Assembly (NCBI RefSeq): GCF_964213995.1
Contig: NC_135818.1
Coordinates: 71,424,001 to 71,488,000 of the forward strand
DNA length: 64,000 nt
Source: Mustelus asterias
Taxonomy: Eukaryota
Reading direction: 5' to 3'
The notes under the pieces were generated by a model, which saw only the letters and a program-made list of their open reading frames with translations, was not told the origin of the DNA and did no database searches. The position numbers and the translations under genes are program-made. Shown here piece after piece: positions 1 to 12,734 of the stretch; the first letter of the stretch is position 1, and every line of letters starts with the position of its first letter.

Positions 1-880
1 CAGCACAGTGCTGAGCAGGCCACTGCATGTGCGCCGATCTGATAGTGCCAAGATCGGCGCATGCGTAGTGGCCCCACACTGCCGGCTTCCCAATCGCTAG
101 CCAGCCTGATCACTGGCCAGCCCTGCACCCATCGCTGGCCTTCCTGAGGCCCCACTGTCCCCTGATCGCTAGCCTCATGGACCTCTCTGGACAAGCCCCA
201 ATGTCTCCTCTTGCCCCTTGGCCAGCCCCGATATCGCCCCCCACCCCGATGGCCATCCACGATTACTGTCCTTCCTCCCTCTGCCTACAATACCAATGCA
301 GAGTGGCAGCAGGAACCCCCACCCCCACCATGCGACCCCCTATAAGCCCTGGCCCCAATAGGCCCCACCCCTTTGGCACTGCCCGATGTTCTGTGGGCAA
401 CACCAAGGTACCACTTGAGCAGTGCCAGGTATCCCCTTGGGCAGTGCCAGGGGGCAAGGCTGGCACTACCAGGTTGGCATTGCCCAAGGGGCACCCCCCC
501 CCCTTACCCAAACCTCCTTGGGGGGCCTCAGTGGCCTCTGCTCCCTCCAGCAGGGTCATCTGCGTGTTCCCCATTAGTGGGGAGCAGTAGTAAATCCCGC
601 TGGAGTGAACCACTCCCGGTGGGGTGGAGGGGGAGGCAGTGGGAAATGCTAGCGAATCCAGAGACTTCAGTCCTGGGCCCACTAATGACATTTAAATATT
701 GTAATCAGCTCCATGTTGATTTCCGGCACAGAGCCGATGATGCTACATGTCTTAGCCTGGGAGGTTCGTGGAGGCCGTGGTGTCCAGCGAGAAGCCCTGG
801 AAACAGCGCCTGTTGATGTCTCCCGACCCGTTGCGCTGCTGGAACAGCCTCGCTGGCGGGGAGATCCCCCTCCCCCGAAT
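1..880. mobile_element. GC-rich non-autonomous DNA transposon (Harbinger-like), partial
   Basis: Colinear with 14404-15477: hairpin GGCCACT..CATGTGC..GCATG..AGTGGCC, GGCACTGCC repeats, GAGACTTCAGTCC. Confidence 0.6.
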
Positions 881-1370
881 TGCATCAATTTTCTTGACAC
901 TTACTGTCACTTTTTGGGAAAATTCCACCCACTATTTTTGGTGCTTTATGTATTTGTATTCCTGGATCGCTTTGATGTTTGCCCCAATTTAAATTCATAG
1001 GCTGGGATTCTCTGCCCCCTCCAGTAGTGTGTCCCTCGGATCTTTTGGTCCCACCGCTGTCAATGGGGTTTCCCATTGAATCCAGCCCAACCTGCTGAGA
1101 AATCCGCAGTGGGGGAGTGCCATCGGCAGCAGGACTGGAAGATCCCGTCAGCCTGGAAAGCTGAAATATCTCACCCTTCAAAACGCATCTGTACGTCACA
1201 GCGTTAATGACAATAAAAGATAAAAAAACATATTCTTAGTTATGATAGAGAATCCAGTGGAAAAGACTTTAAAGCACAATCCTAGAGCTAAAATCACTTA
1301 TCGATATCCTGGTCGCGTGAACAACTGAAAGATATTATTCTCGAAATATTGTGCCACCTCCTTATTTTAT

Positions 1371-1702
1371 CATCATAGAATCATAGAATCCCTACAGTGC
1401 AGAAGGAGCCATTCGGCCCTTCGACTCTGCACCAACCACAATCCCACCCAGGTCCTATCCCCATAACACCATGCATTTACCCTAGCTAATCCCCCTGACA
1501 CTAAGGGGCAATTTAGCCTGGCCAATCCACCTAACCTGCACATCTTTGGACTGTGGGAAGAAACTGGAGAACCCGGAGGAAACCCACGCAGACACGGGGA
1601 GAATGTGCAAACTCCACACAGACAGTGACCCAAGCCAGGATTCAAACCCGGGTGTCTCTCGCTTTGAGGCAGCAGTACTAACCACTGTGCCACCATGCAA
1701 CC
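1371..1702 (-). mobile_element. HE1-type V-SINE, CR1-type tail
   Basis: tRNA-like A/B-box head, V-domain GTGGGTTTCCTCCGGG, (ATTCTATG)n tail. Confidence 0.9.
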
Positions 1703-3319
1703 AAAATATAACATTCACATTTGTCAATTTAATCTTATTCGGCAAGTTTGTTAATCTCTTAATTGGTTGCAATCCTCCTCAATTTCGAGTGTCACCCAGC
1801 AGTCTGGTGTGATGCACAAATTTAGGAAGTTAGATTGTCGCGTATCTCAAGTTTCTAGCCGGCCCAGCAGGGAAACGACCTTCTGTGATTGCTGGGGCCA
1901 CTGCACTGGTTTTGTCGACAGCAGCTGCATTCGACTCTGGCAAGAAGTATCTCTTAAATTTAAATAAAAAGTGTTTAATTAGCATATGGTTACCGGTCTA
2001 AGTGTTTCCTGTAGCTCCTCGAACTGGAATGAAGCCACATGTGGGATTACAAACACCCTGGTTGATTTTTGGAGGATTTTTCACGTGGCTGTTAAGTAAC
2101 TATCATGAGTTGAAAGTTGCTGCTCCCATTACCCTGTTGCTAATAAAAATTTAAAGTTTATTTACTAGCGTCACAAGTGGGCTTACTGCAATCGGCAGTG
2201 GTTTCATAGACTTTTAATTCAGGATTTTTAAAAATTCAATTCAAATTCCACCATCTGATTCGAAACCAGGTCCCCAGAGCATTAGCTCTGAGTTTCTGGG
2301 CCAGCATTTGAGTTGCCAACTTTGGCCAGAACTTTCCAGCCATTCACACCATCAGGATCTTCCAGTCCAGCCGACAGCGTATCCCCGCCGTGGGTTTCCC
2401 AGCGGTGAGGAGCGCATTCGATGGGAAACCTCATTGGCAATGGCAGAACCAGAGGAGTCTACAGCCAGCCAACGTGGTGGGTTGCATGGAAAATTCTGCC
2501 CTCTGGTTGGAAATATTCCTGCATGATCCATCCATCATATGACCAATTGCGTCCTTTCAATCCACTCCATCAAACAGCCATTCCTCTTCATCTCTAACGC
2601 TTCGATAATTGACATACAAAAGTATTCCAAGAAGACTAAACCCCCACCCTTTTCAATGTCCCCTGTGATATATTTCCTCCTGGATTGTTGGTATCAGTAG
2701 CCAGGAGCTTAATCTTTAATTCCTGGAGGTGCAAAGGCATGTTTGGACGATTGGCAGACCTCTTGAGCATTCATCGGACAAGATTCAAGTACCAGTTGAA
2801 GGGTCATCCAGACTTAAAACGTCGTTCCTATTCTCTCTCCATAGATGCTGTCAGGCCTGCTGAGGTTTTCCAGAATTTTCTGTGTTATGGTTCAAGCACC
2901 AGTCATGTCTCTTCAGGGAACTCGCCTGAATGAAGACTGCAATTTCAGATTTGTGCTTTGCTGGCCCTGTGTCTCTACTATATCCTTGGAGTGATGAGGT
3001 TGGAATGGCTACCTCTATGGGGAATGGGTGGATGGAGGGGGTGGCTGAGGGGTAGAAGGCCTTGATCACCATTCCATGAAGACGGTTCTTTTCATAAAAC
3101 ACAGGCCTGAAGTCACCAACCTCACGCATGGCTGGGATTCCCCAGTCCCGCTGCAGCGAATGAGTTTTGGACGAGTGCCAAATTCTCCGTTCTCGCTGGC
3201 AGCAATGGCGGGGTGAATGAGATCATTGAATTCCGGCCACAGTTACAACCACCAGAGATTTTGAAGAATTTTGAGTGTGTCACTGTTGACTAATGTTGGA
3301 TGGGACCCTTCAATAGGCA

Positions 3320-3551
3320 CTCTCGGCCTTTGAGCTAAGATCAAGCATTGGATCAAGCTCAAGATGGGGAGCAATTGCTTTTCTGGTCAATTTGGATTCT
3401 CTTTGTCTTTCTTGTGGGGACGATGAATTGGATTCAATTTGAATTTGGATTTTGGAGCAAGCAAGAAGGTGCATTTGGGTTTGCCCAGTCCACTCTGCGC
3501 ATTGGCTTTATAACTTCAAGAATGGAGTAAAAATAAAATTAAAAATTAAAA
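3320..3551 (+). mobile_element. U2 snRNA-derived retroposed element, copy 1
   Basis: 3321-3345 matches U2 nt 7-31 (23/25); Sm-site-like ATTTTGGAGCA; GTCCACTCTGCGCAT resembles U2 stem III/IV; A-rich tail; possible TSD TAGGCA (3314-3319 / 3554-3559). Confidence 0.8.
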
Positions 3552-3744
3552 CGTAGGCATTTGGCTCTCGATTTATATCTTTCATTGGCCTAATGCCTCA
3601 GTCCAGGATGCTTGAAAAAAGAAGTCCACAAGTTTGGTGGCAGGATCTATACCTGTATGAATTGGGCACAGTTTGCCCTAAAACTTAATTATGCCCAAGG
3701 AAAGGATGGAATTCTGTCTACTCCAGAATGATATCAGTGGTTTG

Positions 3745-4810
3745 CGTGAGTGGGCAAATGGAATTCAATCAGGAAAGGCGTGAGGTAGTGCATTTAGGGA
3801 GGGCAAACAAAGCAAAGGAATGCTCAATAAACGGGAAGATGTTGAGAGGGGTTGAGGAAGTGAATGAACTTGGAGTGCATGCCCACAGGTCCTTGAAGGT
3901 GGCAGGGCAGGTGGACAAGGTGGTCAAGAAAATATATGGGCTGCGATTTTCTGAGCATTCATGCCAGTGAGATTTTCCTGTCCTGCTGCAGTGAATGGAG
4001 ATTTGGCTTGTCTCCAAATTCGCCGTCTTCGCGGCAGCGGGACCGTGGGCGTGAACGGGCAGTAAGATTGCGTGCATGGCATGTTTTCCTCTTTTGGAAA
4101 TCTTCCGGCCGTTCACGCCAGTGGAATTTTCTGGTCCCGCTGCAGCAAGCTGAGATTTGGTCGAACGCCAAGATTTCCGACCTCGTTGGCAGTGGCGGCG
4201 GGGTGTGAATGGCCAGAAAATTCTGGCCATTGAATACAAAAGCAGAGATGTAATGACGGATCTGTATAAAACTCTGGTTGGACCACAGCTGGAATGTTGT
4301 GTATAGTTCTGGTCACTGCGTTACAGAGAGGTCATAATTGCTCTGGCGAGAGTGCAGAGGAGATGGATAAGACTTGCAAAATTGCAGCAATGGAGAGAGA
4401 TTGGATAGGCTGGGGTTGTTTTCCTCAGAGCAGAGGAGGCTAAGAGGCAAACAAATTGAGGTTGACTCATTGAAGGGCCCAGATAGGGTAGACAGGAAAA
4501 ACTTGTTCCCCCGAGCAGAGGGATCAATTACCAGGAGATACAGACTTAAGATGACTGGTGGAAGGGTGAGAGAGAAAACTTTGTCACCCAGAGGGTGGCG
4601 GGCATCTGGAAATCACTGCTTAAGTTGGTGGTTGAGGCAGAAACCCTCCAATCATTTAAAAGGTATCTAGATCTGCATCTGAAGTGCTGTAACCTGCAAG
4701 GTTACGGACCAGGTCCTGGAAAGTGGGATTAAAATGAATGTTTTTTTCCCCTCTTTTTTGGGCAGCACAGACACAATGGCCTGAATGGCCTCTTCCTGCA
4801 CTGTAACTTT
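3745..4810 (+). mobile_element. CR1 3' relic interrupted by a MITE (3938-4229)
   Basis: QMEFN..EVVHLGR, ELGVH, VVKK|..EYKSR, LGLFS.E.RRLRG motifs. Confidence 0.8.
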
Positions 4811-5662
4811 GCTGTGTTTCTATCATTCTGTACAGCAGTTTCTCCCCATTGTTCCACCTTGCAGTATTTGACTATTGCAAGCAGATCAGTTATTTCTTTG
4901 CATCAACTCGATGGCCGTAGTTTTACTGTCTCGCCTGCAACAGGAATCGGAGCGGGCGAGGGGCGGACCATGGAAAGGTCCATTGACCTCGGGTGGGATT
5001 TTACGGTTTCGAGACGAATGAGGCCATAAAATCCTGCCCGAAATGATGAAGAAAACAGCTAGATTTCTCATTTCCTGATTTTATTTTAAAGTCGTGAGCT
5101 TGGAAATGACAGAGACAGAGAGAGATGTCATCGTGCAATCTGTGTTTCAAAGTGGGTGTTAACTCGAATAAATTAAACAGACAGGTACCTCTGTTAAAGT
5201 GGCAGGCAATGGAATTTGATATGAGTGCATTCGGTGCTCCAATGATAACATCACTCACTGTCATTTCCAGTCAATTGTCAATACTATAATTACAAAACCC
5301 TTTCAGATTTTCACTTATCTGCCATAGAGATCAGCCTTTGTAATACTTAAGCTTTTAACAAATGCCCGTTTTACTTCATTTTTAACGGAGCTTTCGGAAT
5401 CCCTATAGGATTATATTTCATTCAGATGTTGAAAACTGAGAAATGTTATTTTCAGTCTGAATGGAACTGGAATGTAGTCCTTTCAGTTCATAAGTGTCGA
5501 CAGAAACAATGTTATATAAGCTGCGCTGAAGTATCTTGCACTTATTGGTTGCAGTTTGCAAACCCAGACTCTTTGTTACCTGAAACAGTGGGTGGGATTC
5601 TCCGGTCTCGTCCGTGGCGGGACCTATTGCGAGCGAGAATGGAAAATCTGGCGTTCCAAATT

Positions 5663-5973
5663 TGGCCCAGTGGTTAGCACTGCTGCCTCACAGCGCCAGG
5701 GATGCAGTTCAATTCTGGCCTCAGGTCAACTACCTGTGTGGAGTTTGCACGTTCTCCCCGTGTCTACGTGGGTTTCCTCCGGGTGCTCCAGTTTCCTCTC
5801 ACACTCCAAAGACGTGCGGGTTAGGTTGATTGGCTATGCTAAATTGACCTTTAGTGTCAGGGGGAATTAGCAGGGTAAATATGTGGGTTTATGGGAATAG
5901 GGCCCGGGTAGGATTGTGGTCGGTGGCGGACTCGATGGGCCAAATGGCCTCCTTCTGCACTGTAGGGATTCTA
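5663..5973 (+). mobile_element. HE1-type V-SINE, CR1-type tail
   Basis: Head, V-domain and tail motifs. Confidence 0.88.
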
Positions 5974-6918
5974 AATGGAGGCTTTCGGAGAGGAATGCAG
6001 GACATCCGCTTCAGTTCAAACTGGGAGACTTGGGTGCCTTCCTGAGTCACCCATCAAACTAGACCAGCTGCTCATTTAAGAATGAGTTTCGGTTTACCTC
6101 CGTAATTAATAGGTCACAAATGAAGCCTTGGGAACACGTTGTGTAAGATGTGCTGTGTCTGAAAATGTGATTTGGCTTGTGAACTGGTAATTATAAAGAG
6201 AAGCAGGATGTCTCTGTTTGAAGGAACAATTCTGTGCCCAGCTCCTGAGCTGATAGCAATACGGACGCTGAAGTGAAAACAATACACAAATTACTCAAAT
6301 GGATGATTATAACCAATGAAATCTGATATCTGATTAAAGTAAGCCATTGTTAGCAATTAAAAAGTATTATTTATCATTTTATTCCACAAAAAAATGCCAC
6401 CTCATGTTTAGCCCAGGAGAATATCCGAGACTATGACTGGTATTTAACCAGCAAGCCCGCCCTGAGTCCGGGGGTGGGCAAGGCTCGGAGAATGGCATTC
6501 TCTGTTGGCCTCGGGGCGGGATTGTACAAACCTCAGGCGGATGTGCCAGTAAAGTTCCCCCCCCCCTCCCCCTCCATATATTGATTTTAATGTATTTTTG
6601 TTTATTTTTATGTATAGCTAGCCGTCTTCGGGATATTATTGCAACAACTCGAACCCAGCAACACGATAATAGTGAAATGTGGGACTGATTAATACTGATT
6701 GGACTGATGCTGATGAGAATGGAACGATAGTATTTTGTGTAGTCTGGAAAGACTGGAGCAGCCAGCAGTTTCATCATCAGGCCCTAAATCAAACCAGAAA
6801 TTCAAATGAACATTTTCCAACAAAAAAAGGCATTTGAGCCTAAAAGGAATTTCACCAAGGGAAAATTTGCTTACACGCTCACTGATAATTGGCAGCCATA
6901 CGCAGAGTAATGTTCATC

Positions 6919-7241
6919 GTAGAATAGAATCGTACAATCTCTACAGTGCAGAAGGAGGCCATTCGGCCCATCGAGCCTGCGCCAACAACAATCCCACCCA
7001 GGCCCTATTCCCGTAACCCGACATATTTACACTGCTAATCCACCTGACACTAAGGGGCAATTTAGCGAGGCAAAACAAACACATCTTTGGAGTGTAGGAG
7101 GAAACCGGAGAACCCAGAGGGAACCCACTTAGGCATGGGGGGAATGTGAAAACGCCACATGGATAGTCACCCGATGTCAGAATTGACCCGGGTCCCTGGC
7201 GCGGTGAGCCAGCAACGCTAACCACTGTGCCACCGTGCCGC
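6919..7241 (-). mobile_element. HE1-type V-SINE, CR1-type tail
   Basis: Head, V-domain and tail motifs. Confidence 0.88.
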
Positions 7242-7299
7242 CAAGCTCTTTACTTCAGCTCACATTTTTGAGCCACAGGGTTTGACAAGACAGATAGGT

Positions 7300-7780
7300 C
7301 ATGGTGGATTTCCCTCCCTCGAGGTGAGAAAGATCCTCTCTGTCAGATCCACCCTCAAGTCACACCCTCTCAGCACGCTTCCCTCAAGGCAGCTGGAGAG
7401 AACACCATTGCCCACTTCCTTCTGGAAGGTGCCTTTGCAAAGAAGATCCTGAAAGAGGTGCAGAGGTTGTTCATCAAGGTTCATCCTCAGCAGCTCCATG
7501 GCACAGGACTCTGTGCTCCACGGACTGTTCCAGAGGGTGCACAAAGTTCCAGTGCAAAGGGTTGTCCACCACCAAGTGTTTCAAACAGGCACATTCCAAG
7601 GTCCAAGTCTACATGTTGAGGATGCTCTAAAGCTTGGTGCACCCTCCTCAAATGTCCCGTGGGAAAAGGATAATGCCTAAGGTCAACCTGCCATAGTGCA
7701 CACAGGGGCTCGAAACAGTATAAAGCCTCTTGGGAACTATTTTTCTCATAGAATGTATATTGTAAATATCACATGAAATT
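7300..7780 (+). mobile_element. Tx1-clade LINE 3' relic
   Basis: Degenerate CCHC region (T.AHF.LE.AFAKK), SSSMAQDSVLHGLF. Confidence 0.6.
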
Positions 7781-7892
7781 GTGAGTGTATTGAGTCAAAC
7801 AGCACAGAAACAGCCTCTTTGGCCCACTATGTCTATGCCAACCATCAAATATCAATCAATACTAATACATTTGCCAGCACTTGGTCCAAGAG

Positions 7893-8643
7893 GCTGGATA
7901 GGGTGGAGGTGGAGAGATTCTTTCCACTTAGAAAGGAAGCTAGAACTAGAGGGCACAGCCTCAAAATAAAGGGGGGTCAGTTTAGGACAGAGTTGAGGAG
8001 GAACTTCTTCTCTCAGAGGGTTGAATCTCTGGAATTCTCTGCCCACTGAAGTGGTGGAGGCTACCTCGTTGAATATGTTTAAATCACGGATGGATGGATT
8101 CCTGATCGGTAAGGGAATTAGGGGTTATGGGGATCAGGCGGCTAAGTGGAACTGATCCACTTCAGATCAGCCATGATCTTATTGAATGGAGGGGCAGGCT
8201 TGAGGGGCTAGATGGCCTGCTCCTGCTCCTATTTCTTATGTTCTTATGTTCTTATGGCCTGCTATGCCTTGGCGATTTAAGTGCTCGCCCAGATGCTTCT
8301 TAAATGTTGCAAGAGTACCTGCTTCCACTACCCTCTCAGGCAGCATTTTCCATATTTCCACCACCCTCTGCAGCACCTCAGAGAACCTCATGTTGTTTGG
8401 AAAGAATTGAAACTGTATTACACTTTCAGTAGAGTTATAGAGCCGTTGAGTCACAGAGCAATACAGCATGGAAACAGGCCCTTTGGCCCAACCGGTCCAT
8501 GCCGGCCAGAGCGCCCTTCCAGTTGGTCCCACTGGCCTGTGTTTGGCCCATAACCCACTCACCCTTTCCCATCCATGAACTTATCCAAACGCTTTGTAAA
8601 TGTTCCTATTGTACCTGCCTCAACCACTTTCTCTGGCAGCTTC
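7893..8643. mobile_element. Cluster of CR1 3' ends (+ 7893-8255; - 8256-8376; - 8428-8643)
   Basis: TRGHSLKIKG..RNFFSQR; (TTCTTATG)n tail; tail-to-tail arrangement. Confidence 0.8.
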
Positions 8644-8694
8644 AAGTTGAACTGTTACAGAATATAATTTTGGAATTTTTTACGAGTAAACAAT

Positions 8695-8820
8695 GGTTGG
8701 GATTTTACGACCTCACTCGAGTGGGGCTCATAAAATCCCGCCTGAGGCCAATGGAGAATTCCGTTCAGTGAGTCTTACCCGCTCCGATTCCAGGGCGGGC
8801 ATGCTGGTAAAATTGTAGCC
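8695..8820. mobile_element. About 125-bp MITE
   Basis: TIR GGTTGGGATTTT/AAAATTGTAGCC; TSD AAT. Confidence 0.75.
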
Positions 8821-10085
8821 AATATGTTTGGGGAAACGCAATCCCCTCTGTGTTTCTTTAGGCTGCTGGGCGGAGTTGATTATTTTAGGATTAAGGAAAA
8901 GCTCATTTGGGCTGTCACACCCACAGCAAGGAACTCCTGATGGGGAACAGCCATTTAGTGTGTTTGTGGAGATGTATACATAATGCATAATAGAGGAACC
9001 ACGACAGCTGGTGGAAATTAAGTTCAATTAATTAATAATATAAAGTCTGGAATTGAGAGATCGTCTCAGGGGGGAATTCTCCCATCCTGGGACTAAGTCC
9101 CATGGCAGCATGGGAACATAGAGTGTTTCCCATTGCGGAGGCCAGCGGGGAAACATGCCAAATCTTCCACCTTCAACAATTTTAATCTTACATCTGGAGG
9201 TTTTGTGCTATATTTTCCATGCTGGGGCATGTCTGATAATGCCTAGTGCACAGTCCTACCAGGTGCCGTATTGAAAAGGCGCCCAACTTCAATGGCCCAC
9301 CCTTGAGGAGAAAAGCGGACCTCCTGATATTGAAGATGGATTTCGAGGAGCACGCTGAGGCCGGAAAATGGACCTCTGGAGAAAGAAGATGAACCGCCAG
9401 GAACATTCGGAGGCTGGAAGATGGACTCCCTCCAGGACGTCAAATTTGGTGATACTACACTCCCCCACCCCCCCACCCCACCCATCCACTGCTGTGGTGC
9501 TCTGGGGTCCAGGGTTGCGAGAGGCCTCCATCCTGATCTCTGGAGGCAGCCACAGACATTGTGCAGATGAGTCCTAACATCTCCACTCCAAGTTGCTCCA
9601 GATGTGTTTTGCACCAGCGCACTTTCCTGTTGACATGGCAGAGAATCAGACATGGGTCGTCAGCCTTCATTTGCACATCATTAGTGTGATGCAAATGAGT
9701 TGCATGCTGGCCTCCAATGGGATTCCCGATCCACCATGGGGGCATTTTCCGACATCGGGAAAAGATCCCGCAGGAAATTCACCGATTTTTGAGCCTCCTG
9801 CTGAATCCTGCTCCCCCCCCTCCCCCCCCCCCGCCCCGCCCCTCTGAATCCCCTCCATATTTAAATATGCAGTAGCCCATTGGAATCCCAACGCATGGAA
9901 TTCTCAGCCTTCGAGGACGGCGCAAGAACAACAAGAATCACAACTGGTCTCCTCTAGCGAAGAAAATGTCAGTAGGACGTACAAGACAGGACAAGAGGAA
10001 AACCCTGTGCCAAGCCATCTGCCCAGTCCAGTCTGTGGCTCAGGAGTGAACCTGTCAAGGAAGTATAGTAATAAATAGGTATAAC

Positions 10086-10299
10086 TCCCTATCGCTTCTC
10101 AACCTATTGGCTAAGATCAAGCCCAAGATGGGGTGCAATGACCTTTCTTGCCAGCTTGGATCTTGGCTGTCTTCCTTGTGGGGATTCAATTGGATTTTGA
10201 ATTTGTCTTTTGGAGCAAGCAAGGAATGGACTTGAGTTTTCCCTGTCGATTCTGAACACTTGTAAATTTAAGGATGGAGTTAAAAAAAAAATTAAAATG
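10086..10299 (+). mobile_element. U2 snRNA-derived retroposed element, copy 2
   Basis: ATCGCTTCTCAACCTATTGGCTAAGATCAAG at 10091-10121 = U2 5' end (28/31); poly-A tail; perfect 16-bp TSD AATAAATAGGTATAAC (10070-10085 / 10300-10315). Confidence 0.88.
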
Positions 10300-11516
10300 A
10301 ATAAATAGGTATAACACATACATATTTAGTATATTATACTTTTGCAATAAATCTTCAGAGGCAGAAGTCCCTTCACCAAAATCTCTTTATTTATAATTCC
10401 AACAGCAGTACACAGAGTGCGATCAGTCAGCAGTCTACCTTCAGGAGTGCCAGAGGAACTGACACTCCAGTTAAATACAAGAAAAAGACTCCCTGATTGA
10501 CCCATCAATTGACTCCTTAATCAGGGAGTTCATATTCAATAGGCCAACCTCAATGGCCTGATTGAAGTTATTAGAACTTTTGAACGGAGGAAGTGGACAC
10601 ATATAAACTGAACTATTTTTACCCAGAAGCGTTATAGTGTACACATGGCCTGAACTTGCTCACAGATTTGGTTTCAACAGGTATTAAACAGACCTTATCT
10701 GTGCCACACATAAAGTAACAACAGAGAGGGCCTTTCAAGCTTTTTCCCCACTAAGCAAAGATAAGAAAAAACTTTAAAGTCATTTCCAAAGGAACTTTAA
10801 AAGCATTTATGATGGTATTGTCTCTCCTTATTTATTCAGGAGTAATTTTTAAGTTTTACCTCAGCAAATTAGAAAAACAGAATTTAAAAATTAATTCTTC
10901 TATAAAAAGTTTGAAATCACTTCTTTAGAAATTTAAAAAAATTGGAGATAAACAGGAAAGAAATTAAGGGTGTATTTCAGAACATGACCACATACTGGCT
11001 CACAGTGTGAATAATAAAACAATTTTAACAAATAAATAACAGAGAATAATAAGGACACATATAAGGGGAAGACTTAATCAAATAGGTAGTGCCCATTGCT
11101 GCTAAAGAATTATGTAGGGTGGGATGTTATGGCCTTGCTCAACCCAAGACCGGAAAATCCCGCCCGAGGTCAATGGACCTTCCCATTGTCCGCCTGTCAC
11201 CCGCTCCAATTCCCACGGCGGGCAGGGCGGTAGAAATCCAGCGGTAATCTGGTTTAGGAAGGTATAACTGTTCCAGTTTCCTTTCAGGACATCAGAGACA
11301 CTGTAAAAAAGCACTGGGAGGACCCCTTCCAATGTTTCCCCAGTTGTCGAGGAGTTGGATATTGTAAAACAAATAGCCTTTCTCTCCAACTTCCCCGTCT
11401 ACTGATTCACTTGGGATTCATGTCAAGCATTACTTTGAATATTGATGGGTGTTCTTAAATTGACGTGCATTGTATTTTTAAAGTTTTATTAGATTCTATA
11501 TTAGAACTAAGACTAT

Positions 11517-11642
11517 GAGGGGAATTTTACTGCCTCACCCGCCCGGGGATCAGGGCAGACGAGGATCGCAGGACCGAATTCTCTGTTGGCCTCTGGCGGG
11601 ATTTTACGAGCCTCGCCCAAGCGAGGTCATAAAATCGCGGTG
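11517..11642. mobile_element. About 125-bp MITE
   Basis: Degenerate 12-bp TIR; TSD TAT. Confidence 0.7.
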
Positions 11643-11676
11643 TATGTTTTTTTTCTTTTATAGTCATTAATGTTGC

Positions 11677-12037
11677 AATGCCTCTCATCCATTGACTCTG
11701 TCTACACTTCCCGCTGCCTCGGCAAAGCAGCCAGCATAATTAAGGACCCCACGCACCCCGGACATTCTCTCTTCCACCTTCTTTCTTTGGGAAAAAGATA
11801 CAAAAGTCTGAGGTCACATACCAACGGACTCAAGAACAGCTTCTTCCCTGCTGCTGTCAGACATTTGAATTGACTTAAGGTGATCTTTCTCTACACCCTA
11901 GCTATGACTATAACACTACATTCTGCACTCTCTCGTTTTCTTCTCTGTGAACGGTATGTTTTGTCTGTATAGCGCGCAACAAACAATACTTTTCACTGTA
12001 TGTGAATACATGTGACAATAATAAATCAAATCAAATC
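11677..12037 (+). mobile_element. Rex1/Babar-like LINE 3' fragment
   Basis: KAASIIKDPTHPGH..GKRYKSL..RLKNSFFP; tail TGTGACAATAATAAA(TCAAA)n. Confidence 0.85.
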
Positions 12038-12734
12038 CACTTTAAAGGGTCTTGCATGTTAAATAGTTCTGTAATAAATTTGTAAATAAGTTGGTAAAGC
12101 TTAATATCTTTTGTGGTCTTTTGCAAGCAGTAGAAGAATCCACCTCTCTTGTCCTTTCTGTCAGTGTAAAGATTCAATTTATGAAAAGAAACGCCCGGTT
12201 CCTTATAATATCCAGGTAGTTATGACATGGCCAACAATTTATTTAGCAGGCTGTTTGGGAAAAGGTAATATCTCTTAATAGTTTCCTTTGGGGAAGATGT
12301 GGTTCACTTTCTCACACCCAAAATAAGTGTCTGTGTGAAGTGGCTGCTTTGGACTAAGGTGAGGGTGATTGTTGAGAGAGTGCTGCCAATCTCATATAGT
12401 CTATACTTGAAGCCAGAGTTATTATCCACTCCAGAGCAACTGCGTTGTGAGAAAAATCAAAAGTGATGTCTCAAGAAAACGGATAGTTAGTTGCTTGGTG
12501 ATTTTGTTTTTCAAAACTTGGGTAATTATAATAATTGGGAGGTTTTATTAGTAATAGATGGTTGATGAATAGTTGTTAAGTTTAATAGATTGGCTGGTGA
12601 ATAGTTCGTATTTATATTTACGAGGGAACTTCAATTGAGGTAAGTAGAACATTTATTGAAATAATGAGAATATAAGCACAGGCAGGGTTAGAGACATCAA
12701 TTGATAAAAATGACTAAAAAAATTATTTAAATGT

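Noticed and set aside
177-816. Pro/Gly-rich ORFs of 137-147 aa (also 14598-15171, 52309-52634)
   Set aside because: Open on several frames and both strands because of GC-rich non-autonomous transposon sequence; no domain signal.
1373-1812. Recurrent short ORFs such as MVAQWLALLP.., CLRGFPPGAPVSSHSPK, MDCGRKPEHPEETH
   Set aside because: Translations of HE1 SINE copies on either strand, not genes.
10091-10280. Functional U2 snRNA gene
   Set aside because: Branch-site GTAGTA is lost, there are internal insertions, and an A-tail and TSD show retroposition. No recognisable snRNA promoter or 3' box context.
10358-10580. Short LTR-like segment
   Set aside because: It has a minus-strand AATAAA and an internal CTCCCTGATT/AATCAGGGAG inverted repeat, but I could not fix TG..CA termini or a TSD.
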